In this document: in pieces, positions 36,101 through 47,800 of the stretch
Numbering within the stretch: the stretch's first letter is position 1
How the letters are laid out: the number at the start of each line of letters is the position of its first letter
Assembly: GCA_030141605.1 (NCBI GenBank)
Contig: JAQGDQ010000552.1
Coordinates: forward strand, 62,001 to 126,000
DNA: 64,000 nucleotides
Direction of reading: 5' to 3'
Origin: Tubiluchus corallicola
Lineage: Eukaryota > Animalia > Priapulida
The notes under the pieces: model-generated
The model's database searches: none
What the model was told of the DNA's origin: nothing
The model's input: only the letters and a program-made list of their open reading frames with translations
Program-made: the position numbers and the translations under genes

Positions 36101-39100
36101 TTATTGGGCAGAAAGGGTATTTTATAGTATATACCTATTAACATACAACCAGTTTATATGGGCAGAGCCAACAGTATAGACTATAGAACGTTAAGCACTA
36201 ATTACGTATTTAACAGAAGCCAAATAGGTAATGAATAAGCAGACCTGTAGAAAAGAAATTGATACAGTAAATTACGCACTAATTATGTATTTAACAGAAA
36301 TTTCTTTTCTACAGGTCTGCTTATTCATTATCTATTTGGCTGCTCATTAAATACATAATTAGTGCATAATGTTCTATACTGTAGGCTCTGCCTATATAAA
36401 CCGGTTGTATGTTTATAAAAATTTACCACTGATGAAGACAGCAGTAGCTCTGTCGAAACGTTTGACATGGTCTTATTTTCATTTTTGCCTGGAATTTTCT
36501 ACAGAATGGTTAATATGAAAATAATATCCCATTAGTTATTTTACTTTACTTTTTTACAGTAATATTAATCTAAAAGTTTTCACTATACTGTTATGACTAT
36601 CGCTCAATGTCTAAATAGCAGTTTCTGTAATGTCGACATTGTTTTAACACGAAAAACTCACTCGCAGTATTTTAAATTCATTCAGACACGACAAAAAACA
36701 GAAGAACGCTCGTCTGCTGGCATGGAAGATTGCGTGGGAGGAGCTAGAAGGTGTCACCAAATCCAGCAGCGCTCCTCGTCGTGGGAGCCGTGCGGGAAGT
36801 AGCTTGGTAGGTGTTGTTATTACAATTAGTTAGGGTGATTACAATACTTGTGTAAGCATAACAATGGCAATAAAGAATTATACATACAATCAACCCTCGT
36901 TAAACCGGACTAATTGGGGGGTGGGGGGTGGTCCGGTTTAGCCGATTGTCCAATTTATCCAATATGCCTATGTTTATGGTCTATATTATACAGGAACAAT
37001 CACCTTAATAAGGCCTATATACTGTGCACTATGTACTATACTGTATATTACTCTAAAATAGTTAACCTGTGAGGATAAAGAAATTATTGTACAGTTGGTA
37101 GGCCGTGTTGTGTTTAGCGCTCCGGCTCGGACGGAAATCGGTCAGTTTCCTTTACCACGAATCGCGTCCATCTTATCCGATATCCGGGCTAACGGGGTCC
37201 GGTTTAACGAGGGTCGACTGTATATGTGTGTGTGCGCGTGTGTGTGTGCTTGCATAGCAAAATCATCCATAAGTCGGCAGTTAACCTTTTCTAGTTATTC
37301 ACATATCCCGAATCTCCATTTCATGAGGATCATTTTGATACCAAGTTCATCGCTCTATGTTATTTCTAAGCTGAGATAATCCACGTTAAAGTTGAGGTAC
37401 AGGCTGCACACTGAAAAACATAATCTTGAGAAAATCACTGTTAAAGTCAGCCATTGTTTTTGCCACATTTCTACAAAACACTTAGCAACCGCACAATTGT
37501 TGGTTGCTATGGACTTTACAAGGACACAATGAAGTTATGTATAAAACCAGTAGATGGCTCTTCCTGATGAAGATCTGGTCTTGTCAACAGAAAAAACCCG
37601 AAACAAAATGACAGCTTCCACGAGCTACAATCAGAGTTTGAGAATACAAGTTTTTTACAATTGCAGTACTAGTTTTTAGCAAGAATAGTGGATACAGGGT
37701 TATAAAATTAGATTTTTACTATTTTTTGGACACTTTCTTGATAATTTGATGCTAGAATAAAAAACTCCAAAGTATTTAGCGTTGATTTTTATAAAAAACA
37801 AAAAATGATAATTTTGATCAAATTTTTGGTGCTTTCTACTTTGAAGTTTTAACTTTGCCAACTTGCTCATAACTTTGCAAACAGCACTTCTCACTGTTGT
37901 TAGAATGTCTTCCTTCAAATTAGGACAGTCCCAGGACTGGTTCACTAAAAGACGGTGCATCACAGCTGTCCGGCAGCAAGCTGTCCAGCGGTTTCTTGAC
38001 CGACGCCGGTTACAGCTCCGGCAGGCAGACGGTCATCTCCGGGGTGCAGAGACAGATCTTTGCGACGGTTGCCAACCTCCGCGGGAAGAGAGTGGCTCTG
38101 AAAACCATCAACAAGGAGCACCTTCAGATAACCAAAACCATAAAAAACGAGTTTAATATCGTAAGTGAAATCACGAAATTTGAATACAGTAAGTCATCGC
38201 TTAGCGATGCTAATGCGTTCCAGCAGAATGCGATGTTAAGTGAAACATCGTTAAACACAGCTAATAATGTAAAGGAATTTAGATGCTTTCCAGAAATAAA
38301 AAGTCCTTCACATAAATTTCTAATATCCCTCGCTTGATACATCAATCAGTCGGAAACCAAAAACTTAAATAATAATTGTACTGTTTTATGTTGCTGGTGC
38401 ATTTTTAGAGCAGAATAATGCAATACGTACTGTCTTAATCCTTCGAATTAGGTAAAAAGAATTGTTGGTAAAATAAATGTCAGCTTTGAGCAAAGTAAAA
38501 ATCGTCGTTAAAATGAAATACGAGTCATTAGGTAAGGAAAGGTGTCAATTGTTCAGCGTCGTTAAAATGAAGCATCGCTAAACGGGGCATCGTTAAGCGA
38601 GGACTTACTGTAATACTTTCTTTGTTTAATCATCGTTTTAACAACTGACAGTAAAGTTAGTGTGAAGATGGTGCACAAAGCATATACTGCCATCTATTGA
38701 CAAAGAAAGAGAGCTTTAGATGCTAGTGTTTTTTTAACTTTCTATGTCCATTCCATTGTCTGGCTGGCAATATGGTTACTGTGAAGATTGCTGTGATATG
38801 TGGTGCACAAAGTTTATACTGCCATCTATTGACAAACAAAGAGAGCTTTAGATGCTAGTGTTTTTTTAACTTTCTATGTCCATTCCATTGTAGCAATATT
38901 GTTACTGTGAAGATTGCTGTGATATATATTGCACAAAGTTTATACTGCCATCTATTGACAAAGAAAGAGAGCTTTAGATGCTAGTGTTTTTTTAACTTTC
39001 TATGTCCATTCCATTGTAGCAATATTGTTACTGTGAAGATTGCTGTGATATATATTGCACAAAGTTTATACTGCCATCTATTGACAAAGAAAGAGAGCTT

Positions 39101-42100
39101 TAGATGCTAGTGTTTTTTTTAACTTTCTATGTCCATTCCATTGTCTGGCTGGCATTATGGTTACTGTGAAGATTGCTGTGATATGTGGTGCGCAAAGCTT
39201 ATAATGCCATCTATTGACAAGAAGACGAAGCTTTAGATTCCAGCGTTTTTTATCTTTTTACGTGTTGTAGAAAATTCAAGATTTAATGCTTGCCTTTTGT
39301 ATGCACAAGTGTTTTTATAGTAAACTTATAACGCCTCATCTACTTAATTGTAAAATTTTCAATTCATTTCATACATTTCATCGGTTAATATTGATACAGT
39401 TTGGCAGCGATGATAGTGGTGATAGTGATGATGTCTACAATAGTTGTGGGGGTTTTGTCATGTCCCACAAATGATACCCATAATTGATGTCGATTATTAC
39501 GGCTACACCGACATTTGCCTTTTCATTTTCATATCAGACCGTTAAACAACAAAATTAATTAGCTAAATTATAATACAGCTGCTGTGTAAATGAGCAGTTT
39601 TTTTAATCCAGGTAAAAGAGATGACGCATGACAACATAAACGTGTTCGTCGGTGCAGTGATTGACCCGCCCAACATCTGTCTTGTGTGGGAGTACTGCAG
39701 TAAAGGAAGCTTGCAGGTACCAACTTTTTCATTCATAGTACAGCATAATAGAATCGGGGAGCGTTTTAGTAGTATGGCTCGTTTTTGTCTGCATCACCAA
39801 TTGCAATATATTTTAGTTTTGTGCATTACCAGATAGTAGTATCATTTACTTTGTTGAATCTGTGCGATCACTCAGTAGTATGTTTCACTTGTGTCTGCGT
39901 CACCAGTTAGTAGTATCATGTTGTATGTTTAATTTCCCCGTCATCAATCTGTAGTATGTTTCATTTATGTCTGTGTCTCCAACTAGTAGTATGTTTTGTT
40001 TGTATCTGTGTCGCCAGTTAGTAGTACGTTTCGTTTGTGTCTGTATCATCAGTTAGTAGTATGTTTTGTTTGTATCTGTGTCGCCAGTTAGTAGTATGTT
40101 TCATTTGTGTCTGCATCATCAGTTAGTAGTATGTTTTATTTGTATCTGTGTCGCCAGTTAGTAGTATGTTTCGTTTGTGTCTGTATCATCAGTTAGTAGT
40201 ATGTTTTGTTGGCATCTGTGTCACCAGTTAGTAGTATGTTTAATTTGTGTCTGTGTCACCAGTTAATAATAATAATAATTTCGTTTAGCACATAGTTCAA
40301 GGGTAGCACCTTAAGTAACTCAATACTTATGTCCAAGATGGTCCCGATTATTATTACTCGCATGTTACTCCGATAAACCCACGTGCTTGGTCGAAGAACC
40401 AGCGGTACCATTTTTTAAGTCTTTGACATGCCTCAGGAGCTAAACCTCTGATATCTCGGGTGGGAAGTGAGCATGCTACCATTAAGCTTCTACACCCTGT
40501 ATTTACGTTTCCGTTGTACAGAAAATTGGTGTGGTAGAGATGAGGATGTTGAGATGGATGGTGGGAATAACAAGAAGAGATAAAATTAGAAATAATAATA
40601 TCAGAGGAACAGTAAAAGTAGTGGAAGCCTCGCAAGATTGCGGTGGTATGGACACCTGAAAAGAAGAGTCGGTGAAGATCATCTGGGAAGGGAAGACATA
40701 AATGAAGAGATGGTCAACAACAGGAATGCGTGGAGAAGACTCATTCACAACGGCGACCCCGAATAGGGAAAAGCTGGGAAGAAGAAGAAGTTATCTGCTG
40801 AAACGTATATCACATTAGTTGATTATCATCGTTATTTTGCGTACTAAAACTTTCTGTGATTGTCTTTTTTGCTTCTAGGATATATTAGAAAATGATGATA
40901 TCAAACTAGATGCCACTTTCAAGTATTCTCTGCTCATGGATTTAGCTAATGGATTGGAATATCTACACAAGACAAAAATATCCTCGCACGGGTATCTAAA
41001 AGTGCGTAAAGTACAATGCTTCTGCAGATTTAGTACGAGGGTTTTGCATACATTTCTAAGCTTTTTAATACCAGTTGCAACTGTTTAATGCCTCGCTTTG
41101 CTAAAGAACTTTTGATGTGATATTTGTAGGCAATATCAGCTAGGGGTGAGCATCGAATGTTCGAATTCGATTCGAATGAGTTTTTTTAGTTCGAACTCGA
41201 TTCGAATCCAAAACTATAGATTCGAATAATTCAGCACTTCAATCACATATGTTCCTGATCATTAAAACGATTGAAACATCATGCAATTAGCATAATTTAG
41301 CAGTAATTTCTGTGCACAACTTTAAACAAATTACTAGTCGTTTTATTGCAGAACAAAATCTAGTGATATGCATGATCTTTGTAAGACTAATTTTTACTGG
41401 TGGTTCGAAAACTTGTTCGAAAATCGTTCAATCATGATTCGAATTCTGTTCGAATTCGAAACACTGAAGTTCGGTTCGATTCGAATTCGAAAGTCACAAA
41501 TTCGATTAGATTCGAATTCGCTTTCTGGTAGAGAATGCTCACCCCTAATATCAGCAAAAGTTTACTTAAAGGAAAACCGAACTCAATCTTAAACTGCAGT
41601 TTTAATCTCGGAACAATCGAACCTGTAAAATATTGAAAGGGAACATACTATTTTTTAAAGAATAATGTACGTGTAAGAATTATTACCACAGAAATGTAAT
41701 TTCGCGTTCACGCCACTAGATCTTCACTGTTACGTGTATTTCGCCATTTGATAATTAACGTGATGTAGTCCACAGCGCCAAATTTGAAATTTGAATATTT
41801 GCTAAGTTTTAGCGTATCACACTCAATGTCGTGCTGTAGCACTATACTTCAAATTTTGCCTTCGCAAACACGTGCAACATGTGCAACAATGTTGTACTGT
41901 AGCACTGTACTTCAAATTTTGCCTTCGCAAACACGTGCAACACGCTCATGGTACATTTTTGCTGTTGAAAATGATGTTAGTTTGTGATGTTGTGCTCTTC
42001 TGCCATTAACTAAGTTTTTATATTTTTTATGTTCAATTGTGACATAATCACTACCTGAACTCACATCCAATTAATTAAATTTTTAACCTATTATTTAATT

Positions 42101-44851
42101 ATTAAAAGCACTTTAGTATGACTCCTATAGGTGTCAAAATGTATACAGTCTAACCTCGTTATCTCGCCACTGTCCGTCTAGGGCAAATTTTTGGCGAGAG
42201 GCGAGTATGGCGAGATAACGGGAATATAACGAAGTTAGTCTATATGTATATACATACTGTACATAATAGTTGATTAACATAGTGTTCCTCTATGTACATA
42301 TAAATTATATTTCGCATTATGATACCAATCAACATTAAATCAGAAATGAAAAAATGTCATAAAATAATCTTAGAATGTTACTTTTTTATTTAAAAAACCT
42401 TTTTCGAGTGTACACTTAATTGCAATAAACTTAGCAAAAGATTTAGAAATGTTCACAAATGAGTTACTGACGACTGAAATAATTCAGAAGAAATAATTCA
42501 TAAATGAGACACACATTAGATTAATTACGTCTGTCTATCAAGTACAGCAGCATTGTCTACATACCGCGGTTATATTGATCGACACGCGGTATATGTATTG
42601 ATCGATTGACCTCTGAGTTTGTCTGTTTGGCGACATAACGAATATAGTTTACATAAGCACTCATCCTAGCATGACGTGGCGAGGGCGAGAAGCGAGTGTG
42701 GCGACTTAACGAGGTAAATATCAAAGCAGGAAATCCGTCCTGGTACTTTCTATGGCGAGAGACGAGTTTGGCGGCATAACGAGGGGCGAGATAACGAGGT
42801 TAGACTGTAGTTTTTACCGTACTTCAAAATTCGGTAAAAAGCGAAAAATCATCCAGTTTTTCTTCGAGAAGAACCCATTCTTGTTTCAGCTGCTTTGAAA
42901 CAGTTTCGATGGTGACTACTATCTATATTTGCCAATATAAACAATATTTGCCATATTGTTATTGTTTGTTTATTGCAGACTGTTTGTTTACTTATGTGGG
43001 GAATAATGGAGGAGAATTTGTTTTTCGTTTCAGTCGACCAATTGCGTTGTTGATAACAAATGGGTGCTGAAGATCACCGACTACGGTCTACACACGGTTC
43101 TGTCCAATCAGGACACTGCTAAGGGATTACAGAGAGAGAATGAAGAATTTCTATGTACTTTAATTACGTTATTGATAATCCTATGACTATTGATAAATCT
43201 ATCTATGACTATCATTTGTTCACATTGTTCACACTGTAAAGTTCAAAAGTTCACGTTGATGAATACACACTTTGTACAGGGTGGTACAAAACCGTTTGCT
43301 GGGGACGTAAAGAAAAGAATGAGCACTAGTGAAACACTATGTCACTTTAAGAAATCTCTAGACTCTTATCTTGTATGCCAATATCTGGGTATCATTAGTC
43401 ATCTACTTTATTGTCTCATCTATCATATGCCTATATCATATCGCTTATTGTTGCATGTTTAATTTTAACCACGATTTTTTTGCCCTACTTTAAACCCTAG
43501 AATCTTATTTACTGCGCTTGTACTCGATCAAGACGCCTGCTATTTAACCCAAACCACTGAAGCACAACTAAACTGACTGCAGACAATTAGCTGTAGCTAC
43601 AGGCAGGTCACGATGATTTATTGCTTTCCCTCGTTTAGATAAAATTCATAAAATGCAAGAGGTTCAGCTGATAAAGCCCCACTACAAGCAACTGAAGCAA
43701 TGCACTATTGATTTTTGCTCCTGGTGTGCAATTGAATGCTTTTATATTGTTTCTTATTGAAAACAGTGTTTCGTTTAGCGACTTTTTGCTGGAACGCACT
43801 AGCATCGTTAAGCGACGACTTACTGTATACGAAAAATTAAAATTACAGTCAACCTCGGAAATAAGGGACACCTCAGAACGGGAAAAAATCGTCCCTTATA
43901 CCAGATGTCCATTGTAGCCGAAGTTGAGTCAGACCAAGGGTATATCTAGACCTGTACTTTTCTATACTTTTACCCGTATTTTTATGGGTTATTGCTACAC
44001 ATTTAGTGCAAACGGTATGTAGGAAGCTCCTTTGGTGATGTGAAATGTATGTGACCACGGAAACCGAGCTGTTCGAAGGCCGAGTTTACGAAAAATTGAG
44101 GTTAAAAATCGATGAATTTCTCTTTGATCATAGGGTCCCTTATATGCGAGGTAATTTACCCGAGTTTCTATTACGCAGGACCTGAAGATGTTGTAGATAA
44201 TGTCCCTTATAACCGAAAGTCTCTATATCCGAGTACCTTATATACGAAGATTTTTACATAGGAAAAACGTTGCAAAAAATCGGGACCGGTGTTGGTGGTC
44301 CATTATAAGTGAGTGTCCCTCACAAGCGAGTACCTTATACCCGAGGTTGACTGTATCAGTTGCATATTTAGTTTTACCGAGCTTATTGATTGATCATGTC
44401 TGGTCAGGTTTTCATTGTTGTTTTAACAGGCAAGCAGTGGACAGCACCGGAGTTACTGCGAGAAAATTTCCCGCCTCCGCAGGGGACGCAGAAGGGAGAC
44501 ATCTACAGTTTCGCCATAGTCATGTATGAACTCGTGTTCAGGACGCAGCCTTACTCATTTGAGCAGTTCACTCCTAGAGGTGGGTAGAATAACTTGGTTA
44601 AAAATAAACTTTTTAAATAGAATACTCTCCCAAAGTTTTGTCAGAAATTGTTGTGTTAGTAACAATAATTGGTTGACTCGTGGTAAATTTTAAAGTTAAA
44701 TTTTATTCATGTTTATACTTGGGAGGCCATCTTGCTGTATTAGAGAGTTTCTGCTAGAATCACAGAACACTTTTTGTGATTGTGTGGGTGGACCTGACGT
44801 CATCCCACACCCACCATACTCGTAGACTACAATAATAAGCATTTTCGCAGT

Positions 44852-44898
<47 letters not shown>

Positions 44899-47800
44899 GT
44901 GGTGGTGATGATGATGATGATGAGGATGACTATGATGATGGTGATGATGACGATGGTGATGATGATGACGATGACAATGACGATGGTGATGATGATGATG
45001 ATGATGAAGAGAACGACTATGATGATGGTGATGACGACGACGACGACGATGATAATGATGGTGATGGTGATGACGATGATAACAGTGATGATGGTGACGA
45101 TGGTGATGATGATGATGATGATGATGACGATGGTGATGGTGACGATGATGATGATGTCTACTGATCTTATAGGTCATATTACAATAGGTCATTTTCCATA
45201 GTTTCGTTGTGCACGTGCAGTTGCTGTAGGTCAAAGGTTAAGTGTACCACAGCAACATGTCTTAACTACAACCATCATGTGGCATGTGGGTAAAGCAAAG
45301 CCATCTGCCGCATCAGTTCAGTAACTTCAGTTGTTTTACATGGACTTTGTCTGTACGTAGAGTGAATTACTAGTAGGATTTTGTTTAGGAACAAAAAATG
45401 AACTAGTTAAATTTCTAGCTACCTGTTAAAACTGTTACTATTACAACAGCTTGAGCTGCGAGGCATTGTCAAGTGTACAGAAATGCATTGTCTGGTACAT
45501 TTAACCTTTGACATTTACACGATCATCATCAATCACTGGAAGTGTGAAAACGCTTATTGCACTCTAGAGCGTATTTCACCACCACAAGCCGATCGTAGAT
45601 TTTTTCGTAGTCAAGTTAGAACTCTCTTTGTCTCTTTAGATGTGATCTGTCGAGTGCGTAACGGCGAGGCCGTCCCTTTCCGTCCGGTCATCTCCATGCC
45701 CAAGGACGTGGATCATAAGATAGTGGATCTGATGACGGCGTGCTGGGATGAAAATCCGGGCGCTCGGCCCGCATTGAGCATCATACGCAAGAATTTGAAA
45801 AACATGGCCGGAGGAAGGTGGGTAAATTCTGTGAAATGTAAGATGTAACAACAGAGATGAATCTTTGTCTGTTTTTGACTCAAATGGGAACCATTTCAAC
45901 TAGAACACTGATCAGAGCCGGATTACAACCATCTTACGGCCCCTACCAGAAAGAGCCACCCTGTAACTGCTTGAGCAACCGCCTTGAATATTTCTTACTT
46001 ATGGTATATTTTAGTGACATTTGGTCACCCGTTCAGTCTGTGAGTCATCGGCTAGTTTCTATTGACTAACTTATCATGGGAATCTGTAGTATGTTTAATA
46101 ATGTCATGATAATTCTGTCATTTCTAAGATTAGTTTCTTTGTAAGTGCGTCGCATTGGTCACCCACTCAGTCTTCGAGTCATCAGCTAGTTTCTATTGAC
46201 TAACTTATCATGGGAATCTGTAGTATGTTTAATAATGTCATGATAATTCTGTCATTTCTAAGATTAGTTTCTTGGTAAGTGCGTCGCATTGGTCACCCAC
46301 TCAGTCTCCGAGTCATCAGCTAGTGTCTATTGACTAACTTATCATGGGAATGTGTAGTATGTTTAATAATGTCATGATAATTCTGTAATTTCTAAGATTA
46401 GTTTCTTGCTAAGTGCGTCGCATTGGTCACCCACTCAGTCTCCAAGTCATCAGCTAGTGTCTATTGACTAACTTATCATGGGAATCTGTAGTATGTTTAA
46501 TAATGTCATGATAATTCTGTCATTTCTAAGATTAGTTTCTTGGTAAGTGCGTCGCATTGGTCACCCACTCAGTCTCCGAGTCATCAGCCAGTTTCTGTTG
46601 ACTAACTTATCATGGGAATGTGTAGTATGTTTAATAATGTCATGATAATTCTGTCATTTCTAAGATTAGTTTCTTGCTAAGTGCGTCGCATTGGTCACCC
46701 ACTCAGTCTCCAAGTCATCAGCTAGTGTCTATTGACTAACTTATCATGGGAATCTGTAGTATGTTTAATAATGTCATGATAATTCTGTCATTTCTAAGAT
46801 TAGTTTCTTGGTAAGTGCGTCGCATTGGTCACCCACTCAGTCTCCGAGTCATCAGCTAGTTTCTACTGCATATTAACTGATAAACAAAAATTACGATTCC
46901 ACAGCAAATCGACGGAAAGCGTTGTGCCAATTCGTTAATAATTGCGATTACCAAAATTTTTATTTTTATAGCATTTCATATATGTGTGCTTGCAAACCAA
47001 AATCGTCCGTAAGTCGGCATAGTTAAAACTACCTTAAGATGTTTCAAAGTAGAGAAAGCAGCAAAAAAAATGGTCAAATGCCAGTTTTTGTTTTTTATGA
47101 AAACACGCTAAATATATTGGACTTTTATATTCTAGTATCAAATTATCAAGAAAATGTTAAAAAAATACTAAAAATCTAATTTTATAACCCGTACCCACTT
47201 CTGTGACTAAAAACTAGTCCTGCAATTGTAAAAAAACTTGTATTTCCAAACTCCGATTGTAGCTCATGGAAGCAGCTATTTTGCTTCTGGTTTTTTCTGT
47301 CGGCAAGCCCAAATCTTCGTCAGGAAGAGCCATCTACTGGATTTAAACATGATATAATGTGTTCTTGCAAAGTCCGTAGCAACCAACATTTGTGCGATTG
47401 CTAAGTGTTCTGCAGAAACGCGACAAAAAACAATGGCTGACTTTAACAGTGATTTTCTCAAGATTATGTTATTCAGTGCGCAGCCTGCACCTCAACTTCA
47501 ACGTGGATTATCTCAGCTTAGAAAAAACACAGAGTGATGAACTTGGTATCAAAATGATCCTCATGAAATGGAGATTCAGGATATGTGAACAACTAGAAAA
47601 GCTTAATTGCCGACTTATGGACGATTTTGCTGTGCAAACACACATTTAATATAATATAATCATACTTGTAAATATACTATGCATAGTTGTTATTTTGTGT
47701 GTGAATAAATGAATGAACAAACCAAACAATTAGTGAAAGTTTAATTACAAGTCTACTCATTGGACATCTGAATGCATGCGGTTATTTTGTCAGTTTGTGA

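Noticed and set aside
40879-43154. Loss of the kinase catalytic HRD motif (HGYLK)
   Set aside because: Normal for receptor GC pseudokinase domains; not novel.
44827-45234. Poly-His and poly-Met ORFs
   Set aside because: (GAT)n microsatellite inside GC intron 16.
46020-46866. Possible hammerhead satellite (CTGATGA and GAAA on the minus strand of each 134-bp unit)
   Set aside because: The ctc..gag stem after CTGATGA is not followed by GAAA, and no UH cleavage site closes stem III.
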